Below are positions 30,101 to 47,249 of a stretch of DNA of 64,000 nt, in pieces. Every line of letters starts with the position of its first letter. Within the stretch, counting starts at the first letter, position 1. Position numbers and translations under genes: made by a program. Origin of the DNA: the human T2T-CHM13v2.0 reference genome, Homo sapiens; assembly GCF_009914755.1 (NCBI RefSeq), contig NC_060925.1, one strand, 5' to 3'. The notes beneath the pieces were generated by a model. It made no database searches, was not told where the DNA came from, and was given only the letters and a program-made list of their open reading frames with translations.

Positions 30101-33100
30101 GCTCTGATCTTGGTTAGTTCCTTTCTTCTGCTGGGTTTTGGTTTGATTTGTTCTTGCTTCTCTAGGTCCTTAAAGTGTGACCTTAGATTGTCAGTTTGTG
30201 CTCTTTTAGTCTTTTTGATGTAGGCGTTTAGGGATATAAACTTTCCTCTTAGCATCACCTTTGCTGTATCTCAGACGTTTTGATAGGTTGTGTCACTATT
30301 GTCATTATGTTTGAATAATTTTTTATTCCCATCTTGATTTCGTTTTGACCCAAGGATCATTCAGGAGCAGATTATTTAAGCTCCATGTATTTGCATGGTT
30401 TTGAAGTTTCCATTTGGAGTTGATTTACAATTTTATTCCACTGTGGTCTGAGAGAGTGCTTGGCCTAATTTCAATTTTCTTTAGTTTATTGAGGCTCTTT
30501 TGTGGCCTATCATATGGTCTATCTTGGAGAATGCTCCACATGCTGTTGAACAGAATATATATTCTGCTGTAGTTGGATGGAATGTTCTGTATATATCCGT
30601 TAAGTCCATTTGTTCCAAGGCATAGTTTAACTCCATAGTTTCTTTGTTGACTTTCTGTCTTGTTGACCTGTCTAGTGCTGTCAGTGGAGTACTGAAGTCC
30701 CCCACTATTATTGTGTTGCTGTCTATCTCATTTCTTAGGTCTATTAGTAATAGTTTTATAAATCTGGAAGCTCCAGTGTTAGGTGCATATATGTTTAGGA
30801 TTGTGATATTTTCCTGTTGGACAGGGCCTTTTACCTTATATAATGTCCCTCTTTGTCTCTTTTAACTGCTGTTGCTTTAAAGTTTCTTTTGTCTGATGTA
30901 AGAATAGCTACCCCTGCTTGCTTTTGGTGTCCATTTGCATGAAATGCCTTTTTCCACCCCTTTATATGAGTCCTTATGTGTTAGGTGACTCTATTGAAGG
31001 CAGCAGATAGTTGATTGGTGAGTTCTTATCCATTCTGCTGTTCTGCGTCTTTTAAGTGGAGCATTTAGGTCATTTACATTCAATGTTACTATTGAGGTAT
31101 GAGGTACCATCACATCCATCATGCTATTTGTTGCCTGTGTACTTTGGGTTTTTTTGTTTTCTGTCTTTGTTTTTTAACTTCTATTTTTGTTTTATAGGTC
31201 CTGTGAGGTTTATGCTTTAAAGACGTCCTGTTTTGATGTGTTTCAAGATTTAGAGCTCCTTCTAGCAGTTCTTGTAGTGGTAGCTTGGTAGTGACTAATT
31301 GTCTCAGCATTTGTTTGTCTGAAAAATACTGTATCTGTCCTTCATATACGATGCTTAGTTTCATTGGATACAAAATTCTTGGCTGATAATTGTTTTGTTT
31401 GAGAAGGCTGCAGATAGGACCCCAATCCTTTCTAGCTTTCAGGGTTTCTGCTGAGAAATCTGCTGGTAATCTGATAGGATTTCCTTTATAGGTTACCTGG
31501 TGCTTTTGTCTCACAGCTTTTAAGGTTCTTTCCTTCATCTTAACTTTGGATAACCTGATGACAATGTGCCTAGGTGAAGATCTTTTTGCGATGGATTTTC
31601 CAGGTGTTCTTTGTGCCTCTTGTATTTGGATGTCTAGGTCTCTAGCAAGGCTGGGGAAGTTTTCCTCAATTATTCCCCCAAATATGTTTTCCAAACTTTT
31701 AGATTTCTCTTCTTCCTCAGGAACACCGATTATTCTTAGGATTGGTCATTTAACATAATCCAAGACTTCTTGGGGGCTTTGTTCATATTTTCTTATTCTT
31801 TTTTCTTTGTCTTTCTTGGATTGGGTTAATTCTAAGACCTTGTCTTCAAGCTCTGAATTTCTTTCTTCCACTTGTTCAATTCTATTGTTGAGACTTTTCA
31901 GAGCATTTTCCATTTCTACAAGTGTGTCCAGTGTTTCCTAAAGTCGTGGTTGTTTTTTATTTATGCTATCTATTTCATTGAATATTTCTCCCTTCATTCA
32001 CGTATCATTTTTTGGATTTCCTTGCATTGGGCTTTGCCTTTCTCTGGTCCCTCTCTGATTAGCTCAATAATTAATCTCCTGAATTCTTTTTCAGGTAAAT
32101 CAGTGATTTCTTCTTGGTTTGAATCCATTGCTGGTGAGATAGTGTGACTTTTTCAGGGTGTTGAAGAGCCTTGTTTTGTCATATTACCAGAGTTGGTTTT
32201 CTGGTTCCTTCTCATTTGGGTAGGCTCTGTCAGAGGGAAGGTCTAGGTCTGAAGGCTGTTGTTCAGATTATTTTGTCCCACCAGGTGTTCCCTTGATGTA
32301 GTGCTCTCCCACTTTTCCTATGGATGTGGTTTCCTGAGGGTCAAGCTGTAGTCATTGTTTTCTCTCTTCTGGGTCTAGCCACCCAGCAAGTCTACCAGGC
32401 TCTGGGCTGGCACTGGGGGTTCTCTGCACAGAGTCCTGTGATATGAACTGTCTATGGATCTCTCAGCCATGGATACCAGCACCTGTTTCAGTGGAGGTGG
32501 CAGGGGGGTGAAATGGACTCTGCGAGGGTTCTTAGCCTTTGTGGTTTAAGGCTCTATTTTTGTGCTGGTTGGCCTCCTGCCAGGAGGTGCCACTTTCCAG
32601 AGAGCATCAGCTGTGGTAATATAGAGAGGAACCGGTGTTAAGCAGGGCCCCAGAACTCCCAAGAGTATATGCCCTTTGTGTTCAGATACCAGGGTGGGTA
32701 GGGAAGGTCCATCAGGTGGGGGCAGGGCTAGGTGTGTCAGAGCTCAGACTCTTCTTGGGCAAGTCTTGCTGCGGCTGCTGTGAAGGATGGGGGTGAGGTT
32801 CCCAGGTCAATGGAGTTATGTTCCTAGGAGGATTGTGGCTGCCTCTGCTGAGTCATGCAGGTCATCAGGGAAGTAGGGGAAAGCCAGCAGTCACAGTCCT
32901 CACCCAGCTCCCACACAATCTAAAGGTCCGTTCTTACTCCCACCGTGCCCCCTCTAACAGCACTGAGTCTGTTTCCAGGCAGTGGGTAAGCAGGGCTGAG
33001 AACTTGCCCCAGGCTACCTGCCTCCCACCTGTGAGTCTGCATGTAGAGTCTGCATCCCTGTAGAGTCTGCATGCTGGATTCATGCCCTCCTATGACTTTC

Positions 33101-33633
33101 TGGCCAGGAGGCTTCTTGACCAGTTCAAATTGTTACAAAGTTCAGCTGGAGAGTTCCTTCTCCCTGTGGCATTTTCCCCATGCCTCTGGCTGCCCTCCCA
33201 AAGGATCCCTGTGGTGCCAGGCAGGAATGGCCTGCTTGGGGACCCAGTGAGCTCACAGGTCCATTCCCACTGCTTCCTCTACCCCTGTATTTTGCTCAAC
33301 TCTGTAAATTAATTCAGCTCCAGGTAAGGTCAGAATCTTCTCCCGTAAACTTGACCTTCAGTTTCCCCAGTGGGGGTATGTGTTCAGGGGCAGAGGATCT
33401 CCTTTCCCACTTCCACAGTTTGGGCATTCATAGTATTTGGGGTGTTTCCCAGGTCCTGCAGGAGTAATCCACTTCCTTCATAGTGTCTGTGGGTCCTTTC
33501 GGGTTTCTTGCTTTATTCCTGCCATTGTTCTGGAGCTCAAATTCACAATGTGAGCCTCCACACACTGCTCTGTCTGAGTTGGAGTTGCAATCTAGTCCTG
33601 CTTCCCATCTACCGACTTGTCCCTGTTTCTCCA
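27104..33633 (-). mobile_element. Full-length L1PB-type LINE-1 (5'UTR, ORF1, ORF2, 3'UTR), both ORFs disrupted
   Basis: ORF1 peptide 31119-31694 (IIEENFPSLARDLDIQIQEAQRTP); ORF2 EN/RT peptides ([25 protein letters not shown]); TSD gtatataccaaaaa at 27089-27102 and 33634-33647. Confidence 0.95.
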
Positions 33634-33691
33634 GTATATACCAAAAATCTATAATGCTCTAACTAATGTTGAGAATGTGGTATGAGTACAG

Positions 33692-34216
33692 TTTTTTTTT
33701 AGTATCATTATTATTATTTCAATACTTTTTGGGGAACAGGTGGTGTTTGATTACAAGTTCTTTAGGTGTGATTTCTGAGATTTTGGTGCACCCCTCACCC
33801 AGGCAGTGTACAATGCACCCAATATGTAGTTTTTCATCCCTCACCCCCCTCTCACCCTTCTCCCCCAGTCCCCAGAGTACATTATGTCATTCTTATGCCT
33901 TTGTGTCTTCATAGCTTTGCTCCCACTTATAAATGAGAACATACGATGTGTGGTTTTCCATTCCTGAGTTACTTCACTTAGAATAATGGTCTTCGGCTCC
34001 ATCCAGGTTGCTGTGAATGCCATGATTTTGTCCCTTTTTATGGCTGAGTAGTATTCCATGGTATATATATACCACATTTTATTTGTCCATTTGTTGACTG
34101 ATGGGCATTTAAGTTGCCCCCATATTTTTGCAACTGTGAAGTGTGCTGCTATAAACATACCTGTGCAAGGACTTCTTCATATAATGAATTCTTTTCCTCT
34201 AGGTAGATACCCAGTA
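33692..34216 (-). mobile_element. Second L1PB 3' fragment
   Basis: 3' UTR closely resembles 27110-27630; peptide MWYIYTMEYYSAIK. Confidence 0.9.
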
Positions 34217-34350
34217 CTAGGGTGTGGTTATCTTTACAATGTTACACAATGATTTGTTGACCAGAATTCAACATTATACTCTTCCTAAGGGTATTAACAT
34301 TTGTTTTTAAAGAACACACCTGAAAATAAAATTTCACTTTAATCCTTAAT

Positions 34351-34470
34351 CACATGCATGCACGCACACACACATGTGCACACACATGCACACACACGCA
34401 CACACACAGGCACACACACATGCACACACACATGTGCACACACACACGTGCACACACATGCACACACACA
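34351..34470. repeat. Degenerate (CA)n/(CACATG)n purine-pyrimidine repeat
   Basis: Read directly from sequence. Confidence 0.9.
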
Positions 34471-36484
34471 AAATTAATCACTCTTGTATTCATTCTTCCA
34501 CATATGAGAAAAATGAGGTTTACCTTGGGGAAAATATTATAGGACTATGATTCCAAGTCACTTCATCAAGCAGAAAAGCATGAAATGTCTTTCAGATGAC
34601 TTTAATTTATATTCAGCTTTCTTCTTTACGATACTACACACTCTCATTTTGTTTTACAACTCAATTTTAATATATTTTCTAATAAAGAAGCTCAAATCTC
34701 TTTTTTCCATTAATAGACATTTCTTCATTTAAATATGTGCCTGTTCTTTTCTTCCCTCTCAAACATGATCCTTTATATAAAAGTGGGTCACAAAAAACTG
34801 TTAATGTCAAGTCATGCAAGATCCATTAAACCACCTTCCAGGGTTTAGGAAGCAATATATAACATTACCAGGAATCAATTTCAGGTAGAAAACACTCCTA
34901 TTTCTAGTATACTTCCCTAAGAAAATGATTCTATTAGAAAAAAAAATAAGTAATGTTAAATATTGCACTTGTTCTCAATGGCTTAAAAATCCCAAAATTT
35001 TAGGCTCCCCAAAGATTAAACAAAAGTAAAACTGTATTATATTGTATGTTATCTGATTAAAAGTTTTGCAAACTGCCTTTTTAAAACTCTTCAGACCCAG
35101 AGCAGCATGAGAAAACACAGCATGCATTAAACTTGGAGTTGGAAAATCTAATTTTGATCTCTGATCTGCCCCCAACACTCTGTGGTGGGATACACACTAT
35201 CTATTGGCTGCACTTTCCTCTCTGCAAAATGTGGGGTATAAACTAGATGATCATTTAGGGCCCAAATAACTCTGTGACATTTCTACGGTTCTCACCAGTT
35301 CATTCAATCTATACACATTTACTGAGTTCTGATCTCATGCCAGGGGCTGGGGAAATCAGACGACAGGGTATATATAGCCTTGACCACTCAAGAGCCTAGG
35401 GGGATAGACCAGCAGGTGAATCAATATGAACACATTCTGAGATATGGCTGTATCTGCCAAGTATTATCACCTGGCTTCTATCACTCTCCTCACTTTCCTG
35501 CCACATAAATATGCACCTCCATTCCACACCTACATATACACACTCCAGCAGTCTCCCTACCCAAAGAAAAAATAGTTATTAATTCAAGTCAGTGAATAAA
35601 CATCCACCATATCCTAGTTTCACATGGTTAAAGGGCATCTGAGTGGCTCAATTCTTTGGTATGACCTAGTTGTTATAAATGTGAACTGATGGCTGAAAAC
35701 TTTCCATTACGATTATGGAAAGAAAAGCAGTTTTAAAATTGAAGGGAGTTGTATATGAAAAAATAAAGACATTTCCGTTGTAACCAAGTCTGGAAGGACA
35801 TAACCATTTCGCACTAACATGTACCCTCCATTAATTGCTTATGCAGTCTGAAATTATTGCTTTGATATAAAGTATTAGCCACTGTTAAAAGGTGTAGATT
35901 ATATTCTGTGCCTTTTCCAGTCATTAAATGCTTAATGTGAATTAGCTTCTCTGATTCTGTTTTACAGCAAAATGAGAGTAAAATGCTGCTGAAACTGTTC
36001 AAACCCCTCTGCTCTCTGTGTGAGAGCCGTGGGAGTTGATCCCGGCAGAGGTTCTGGAAAAGGGCCGGACTTAGGACTAAGCTAGGCTAAGGACTGTGGA
36101 AATTGGAGCCAAGAGAGAACCAAAGATGGTATATGAGGCAAAGTCAAAGCTGAGACTCAAGAATAGAGCCCTAAAGAAATATTAATCCAGAAGGTCAGAA
36201 ACCATGAGACCAGGCGAGGTGTCAAATCCAGAAAGAAATGCCGCACAGGATCAATAATTAAAATCAGGGAGGGAGGAGAAATTGGCCCAAAACTTATAGA
36301 AATGTCTCAAATATGAGTTAGAAAATCTTTTAATGGACGTAGAGCTCTTCTGAATGTGATAAAAGGAAGAAATTATCAGCAAAGTCTTGCATGCAAAGTC
36401 AGCTGGTCTAGTGCCAAATCCTATCACCCACCATTGAGATGGTACAGGAACATCCATGGTCTCCATCTGCCTTTGGTCTCTCTC

Positions 36485-36787
<303 letters not shown>

Positions 36788-37196
36788 GGTCTCGTTTCCT
36801 ACCAGTGCTAGATCTCCACCTCCCACACATGTCCCCAGAGGAAACAGTCAGGATGGGGACACAGACTTTAGAGACTAATGGAGCAACTGGCTTAGTAAAA
36901 TGGCATTTCTTTACCACTCGTTGATCCCCCAAACATCAGAGACGCTGCTGAGTCAAACCCTCCCGAGTGCTGGACTCTTGCTTTCTTTTCCCAAATCGCA
37001 CCACACTCATGAGATGTCGTTAGTAGTGATGTTTTCTCTGTCTTCAACTCCATAAAAAAATGTTGCAGGAGGACAGGGATCTCTCTGTCTGATCTAATGA
37101 GTCCCTCACTCCTATTGGAATCTGGTCCTTAATACATATTTGTGGAATGAGTTAATGAAAAGAACACCCTTGCTCATTTCACAGATCAGCCACCTA

Positions 37197-37665
<469 letters not shown>

Positions 37666-37883
37666 TTAGTCAGGTGATTATGATTAAACCAGATCAAACT
37701 TTGTTAGGCGGAGGGGGCATTAAGGGGTTTGCCCTGAGGTGATAGTTTATGATTTAGCTGTGGAGGGATTTCTCTCCCAAGCTGAGCATGACTGACACTG
37801 AACTGCATGGGAACAGGACCCTTCTAAGATGTCATGAGGACGTTTGCCTGATGTACCCCAATAGGACTGAACTGGAAGGTATT

Positions 37884-38800
<917 letters not shown>

Positions 38801-40188
38801 TGACAAATTTTGTGTAAATAATAAAGCCATAATGTTGGGTCAGCTCCCTAAAATTTTTTTTAAGTAAATAAATAAAAGCTCTTTGGGCTTAAGACACACA
38901 TCCATTTGAGGAGCCTTTCAGTATGAAACAGAAGTTTTCCTTACCAGAAGACAATTTCTTTTTGTTTTTCTGCCCTTCTAGAATCACTTTCTGTTTACAA
39001 TCTTTTCTATCTTAGCACACAGCTTTATAATGGTAGAAAAGATAAGCAAACAGAGGTCTGAAAAGATTATGAGAAAGCAGTTTTGCTTTGGGTTTTACCT
39101 GCTCAGATGGCAACAGATACTTCAGATTAAACTCTACCTGGAAATTTAAGCTCATTAGTGTTCTGTAAGGCAAAAGGAACCTCAACAGAGGTGATTAAAA
39201 AAAAAAATAGAATTGGTAAAAATGAGCTATAGCGGAAAAAGGAGGCAAGCACTTTTTTCCTCTGAAGGATGTCCCTTGGGGACAGACCTGGGTGTTTTCC
39301 AATGTAATTTAGAAAGATTTCAATAAATCTTTTAAAAATTGTTTTAAAGTTTTGGGGTGTACAGTGTTAAATTCTCAGCCACCTGGAAAATCTCACCATT
39401 CAGAATAATGTAATCCCCAGGGTTGCAGATAGTGAGTTGTCTGCCTAATTCCAATAGCTCTCCCTTTCCTTTCTCATAAACACTGACACCAGACACAACA
39501 AAGGGATAAGTACAGAAGGGAAGTGGATAGAGCCCTCCTATGGAAGTGGTGTAGCTCTGGTGAGTTGGAAGCAGAATTCCTGTGTTTTAATCCTGTAGTC
39601 ACTAAGGTACAACAGTTTCTGTACTAAATAAGCACTTCCTGTACTCACTAAGGTAACAGCAATTTCACCTGCAATGCCTATCTATACAAAAGTGATTCCT
39701 CTAATGTTCTATTTTCCCCCGACAGGCCTGTCCTGCTGGATAACAGCATCTTCTCTGACCTTCACCCCAGGATCCAAAGAGTCATCAAGTTCCCTATATT
39801 AGCTTGAATGTCTATAGAGGGCAGGTGATGAGCAGAGTCCTGGCTCTGGCCCATTCATGGTGGTAATCTCCCCAGTTTCCAAATGCATAGGAATGTAAAG
39901 GATGGACTTGGCAAATGGCAGAGTTCCTTACCTATGAAATAAAAGCTGTCATTAGGGAAAGCCAAGAAGCCCCCAAAACTGTCCCTTCCTCTCTCCCTCC
40001 AAGATTGTGGTGATACCATGTTCTGAGCAGAATGGCAGATTAGTGCCACCCTCAAAGTCATGAAGCTTGCAATGGTGGTGGACCTCATCATTGTCCCCAG
40101 TTAATTCCACAGTCTGGCCACTTAAATAAACAGATGGGTTATGGTGGAACATGGTAGGCATCCGCAAACTTAATCAAGAAGTAGACCA

Positions 40189-40486
40189 GGCCGGGTTCAG
40201 TGGCTCATGCCTGTAATCCCAGCACTTTGCAAGGCCGAGGTTGTTGGATCACAAGGTCAGGAGTTCAAGACCAGACTGGCCAAAATGGTGAAACCCCGTC
40301 TCTACTAAAAATACAAAAAATTAGCCGGGCATGGTGGCAGGCACCTGTAATCCCAGCTACTTGGGAAGCTGAGGCAGAGAATTGCGTGAACCCAGGAGGC
40401 AGAGGTTGCAGTGAGCCGAGATTGTGCCACTGCAGTCCAGCCTTGGCAACAGAGTGAGACTCCGTCAAAAAAAAAAAAAAAAAAAA
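40189..40486 (+). mobile_element. Alu (AluS) inserted in the ERV RT region
   Basis: Full dimer; RT homology resumes after the tail. Confidence 0.96.
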
Positions 40487-43095
40487 GGAGCCCAAGTGTG
40501 GCTTCTGCGCTGGAAATGTTCTCCTTTCTAGAACAGATCAGCACAGCATCTCATGTGGGATGTGTTTGTTGATCTGGTAATTTCGTTCTGTTCAATACCC
40601 CATCAGGAAAGAGGACCAGGAGCAGTTTACATTCATAGTCTTATCCCAGGACTGTTAACACCCCTGTTTTCTTAGTAACATTGTCCAAAGGGAGATTTTT
40701 TGTCCACACATTCCACAGAGCAGCATACTGGCTCACTATGTTGATAACATCATGTTCGTTGGATGCGATAGGCAGAAAGTGACAGGTTCCCCGGATGTAC
40801 TAAGACAAATACAATCCAGAGAGTGGAAGATAAACCCTATAAAGATTCAGAGACCTCCCACATTCATGAGTTTTTGGGGATCCAGTGGTCTGGGGCATGC
40901 CAGGATATTTTCTCTTCCAAGATAAAGAATGAGTACTACATCTTGCACCTCCTACCACTAAGAAAGAAGTACAATTCTTGGGAAGCTTTTTCGGATAGTC
41001 AAGTAGCATATACCCAACTTGAGAATACTACTCCAGCTCACTGATTAGTAGATTCAGAAATCTGACCATTTTGAATGGAGCCCAGAGCAAGAATAGAGCC
41101 CTGCAACAGGGCCAGAAGATCCCATGGTGCTTGTGGTATCTGCGGTAGATAAAGACACTGAATTGGGGATCTGGCAACTCCCATGGGAGAGTTTCAGGGT
41201 GGACTCCTAGGATTTTGGACCACTTGAAAATCATCTTCTGGAAGACTAAGGAGTCCTCTCCTACAGACTGAGCTCTGACCTTAGATCACCAAGTGACCAT
41301 GCAACCAGAATTTCCCATCATGAGCTGAGCTATTAGACCAATCAAGTCATAAAATCAGTAGGCATCGCAGCAATCCTTTGTACAATGGAGGAGGAACACC
41401 TAGGATTTGGCACAAGCAGGACCATCAGGCACAAGTAAGCTGCATGAACCAGTGACCAGGTTCCAAAAGTTCCTACCCGGTTGTACCGCCTCTCTGTCCT
41501 ATGCTTGACCTCTCTCACTTATGTCCTAATGCTGGAGTTCTTTACAACCAGGTATCAGAGGAGGAAAATTCCTCGTGCTGGTTTACACAGATCAGCTTAA
41601 TATGTTGGTGTGAGCTGGAAAAAAAAAAAAAAAGCTTGCTGTTGCACTATGGTTTTATTTAATCCTGGGCCTTAAACCCAGTGCTGAGAAGAAACACTCC
41701 CAGTGGACAGAGCCTCAGGAAATGCCTCTGGTCCTCCTTTTTTTTTTTTTAAGAGAAAGAAGGAATATATGCAGATGTCTGCCCACTGGCAAAATGCTTA
41801 GCTGGTTTGTCAGAGGCCTGTAATGAGCTAAACTGTAAGATGAGAGACAAAGACATCTGAACAAAAGACATGTGGATGAAATTAATTATGGGAGTGGAAT
41901 TATGGGAATTAAGTGTGCAACTCTTTGTGCCGTACATTAATGTCCATCAGAGAGTATCCATTGTAGGAGGGGCACTAAACAAGCAGGTGGGCGGGATGAC
42001 TCATCCAGTAAATGTTTGTAACACTCTGTCTTTGCTTCTCCAGGACTTGTACAATGGGTCAATGCAGAGCGTGGCCTCAGTGTTACAGAAGGAAGCCATG
42101 GATGGGCCCAACACCAAGGGCTCCCTCTCACCAAGGCTGATCTACTCAGTGCCAGTGCTGCTTATCCAAACTATGGCAGCACAAGTCATCACAACTATGG
42201 GACAGTAATGTCTGATTACCACATAGGATTTGGCATAACACTACCTTGGACTAAGGGATCTGCTTTTCCGCAAAGCACATGCAACAGTGGTCCCTGACCA
42301 TGCTATGCAGTGCAGTGGTGCATATGCTATGCGGCATACAGTACTGCACCACACAGAACCTACCAGCCTGATAGACTGATGGAATGGTCACTTCATGTGC
42401 AGCTGCACCGCTAGCCTAAAGATAACGTCCTCCAACATCGACATGTTGTCCTTCAGGATGTGCTACATAGTTTGAACCAGTGCTCTTTACACGATTCTGT
42501 ATCCTCAGTAGATAGACTCCATGGGTCTGGAAACAAATGGGGTGGAAGCACAAGTGCCCCACTCACTGCCATTTCCAGTGCTCCACTGGAGGACTCTATA
42601 GTTCCGGTCTCCACAAACTTAGGTTCTGATGGTCCAAAGAGCCTTATCCCTGTACCAGTGGACACAGTAGAAGTCTCTCTATACATAAAGTTATGGTTAC
42701 TGTCTGGCCATTTCAGGGTTTGTATTCTGGTAGATCATTAGGCAGAGAAATTATGATCTCAGCAAGGGTAACTGACCAGTCATAGAGTTACTGCTACTGC
42801 TACAAACAGGGAGTGAAAGGAATATACTTGGAGTGCAGATATTCACTAGGACATACCTTGGTGTTCTCATGCCTAGTTTTAACTGTGAACAAGCAATTAA
42901 AGCAACCACAGCCTGTCAGGGCTATGGTAAGCAGGTGCTCAGAACCCTCAAGGATGGAGGTCTGGATCACCCAACTAGGTAAGCTATCTATACCAGCATG
43001 CATGCTAGCTGTGGTGGGGGAAACTGGAATGGATGGTAAAGGAAATGGTTCATATCAGTTATAACACCTTGGACAACTGTAGCAGCTTCTCTCAC

Positions 43096-43665
43096 TGCTG
43101 TGGGCTGACTTGTGTCTCCCTCAAATTCCTAACCCTCAGTGCCTCAGAATTGGACTGCATTGTGGTATAGGGCCTTTAAAGGGGTGGCCAGGTGCAGTGG
43201 TTCACACCTGTAATCCCAGCACTGTGGGAGGCTGAGACAGGAGGATCACTTGAGCCCAGGAGTTCGAGACCAGCCTGGGCAACATAGCAAGACCCTGTCC
43301 CTACAAATTTTTTTTTTTAATTTTCCAGTTAATTGGGTTAAGAAATTTTTTTTTTAAAAAAAGGGGGTGATTAAGTTGAAATGAATCCGTTAGCATGGGC
43401 ACTAATCTGACTGATGTCCTTATAAAAAGGAGAGAGTAGGACACATAGAGAGCCACCAGGGATGCACAGACACAGAGGAAAGACCACATGAAAATACACC
43501 AAGAAGACAGCCATTGGCAAGCCAGTGAGGGAGACCGCAGAAGAGCCAACCCTGCAATGCACTGATCCTTGACTTAGCCTCCAGGACTGTGATAAAACAC
43601 ACTTCTGATGTTGAAGCCACCCAGGCTGTGGTATTTTGTTATGGCAGCCCTAGCAAAATAACACA
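43096..43665 (+). mobile_element. MLT1B-like LTR inserted in the ERV 3' region
   Basis: tgctgtgggctgacttgtgtc...aagccacccaggctgtggtattttgttatggcagccctagcaaa; degenerate 5-bp TSD ctcac/cctac. Confidence 0.85.
43186..43362 (+). mobile_element. FLAM/Alu left monomer with an atypical T-rich tail
   Basis: ggaggatcacttgagcccaggagttcgagaccagcctgggcaacatagcaagaccc; TSD aaaggggt / aaagggggt. Confidence 0.88.
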
Positions 43666-43794
43666 CCTACTAACCCTTCGCTTGTAAAGTTTCCCACAGA
43701 AAGTGTGTCCCAATGCCATCTTAGAGAATTTGTGGTGGGATTGAATGAACTTGTTCACATGTGAGTGGTGGACATGGCAGGAAAAGGGGTGGAC

Positions 43795-44110
43795 TGTGAT
43801 GGCTGACTTCAGCCTTCCACCCAGATCCCCTTGACCCCTTTTGCGCCTTTGTGTGTCCCTCGCCCCTCCTGCCTCTATGTGCTTTGCTCCCAACCACTCA
43901 AATGTTCACTGCATCTTTGCAGGACTGCCCTCAGGTTCCCGGAATCACTCTGAGCACAAATTCAGAGAACTGGGTATTTTCCTCCCCCAGCCCCACACCT
44001 GGTTGTGAACAAGAGGGTTACCTAGGCCTATGGCAAACTCTGTGGCCGTGGAACAGAACAGGGAGACTCTGGGATGGAGGCCCCTCCCCACACATGGAAA
44101 CAGCCTGAAC
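43795..44110 (+). mobile_element. LTR16-like 3' LTR of the ERV
   Basis: Begins tgtgatgg right after the PPT; ccacccagatcccctt is typical of LTR16 family 5' ends. Confidence 0.65.
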
Positions 44111-44835
44111 TGATGGCTTTTATCCATGCAAATATGTTAACAGTCTCAGGAAGAGAAAGGCAAGTTATCATTTCTTTTGAAAATTATATACCTAAAAAAG
44201 AAACTCTTTCACCAGAGGAAATCGACATATCAATATAACTATGATTGCTGCCAAGGAGGAAAATTAGCCAAAAAATACCTCTTTTTCAGAGTCTTCGCTG
44301 TCAAAGACAATGAGGAAAATACAGAGTATGTACTGACATGTCTTTTGCTCAACTGATCAAAAAAAAATAAAAATAAAACAGAAAAGCAGACAAGGGGACC
44401 CCTTTTATGTCAGATGGAAATAGTTCCTCTTTGTCCCAGAAGCAACACTGGCAATGGGTTGGGTGCTTTGAATCCCTCTTTTTTAGTGCCAAGCCTCTAT
44501 GGACACTGTAAACAATGAGATATCTGCAGAAGGCCTAGCACTTATCTCTAATTTGCTCTCTTCTCTTTTCTCAAAATCTTTCAGTTTCCTTATCTCTAAA
44601 ATAAACCACTCTGGGTATTTTCTATTTAGGAAGTAGAAGGAGGAAAGATGGCTTATCTTTATTTATTTGATGATTTATATATTGTGTGCTTCCACAAGAA
44701 CCTCAGGCCAGCTCACAGTTTTAACACATAGCACAAAGGCACAATAGGTCATTTAAACAGAGAGAAAAAGGAGTGCATGGGAAAGGAGAGGAAATAACTG
44801 GTGCTAGTAGATGCCACAACAGGACAAATTCCTGC

Positions 44836-44875
44836 TGTATTAGTCCATTTTCACACTGCTATAAAGACATACCCA
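44836..44875 (-). mobile_element. THE1/MST LTR terminal stub (40 bp)
   Basis: tgtattagtccattttcacactgctataaagacataccca. Confidence 0.8.
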
Positions 44876-47245
<2,370 letters not shown>

Positions 47246-47249
47246 ATAG

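Larger units (their letters stand above)
39725..43794 (+). mobile_element. ERV-L class (HERV16-like) internal remnant: protease, RT, RNase H, integrase; degenerate
   Basis: Protease-like ctgctggataac...gatccaaag...gggcaggtgat; RT gattagtgccaccctcaaa, cgcaaacttaatcaa, and YxDD-derived cactatgttgataacatcatg (~40733-40753); RNase H tacattaatgtccatcagaga; IN ctgatagactgatggaatgg; PPT aaaaggggtggac. Confidence 0.8.

Noticed and set aside
31119-31694. 191-aa L1 ORF1 fragment as a functional CDS
   Set aside because: Partial and frameshifted at the C-terminus; ORF2 is broken into many pieces, so the element is inactive
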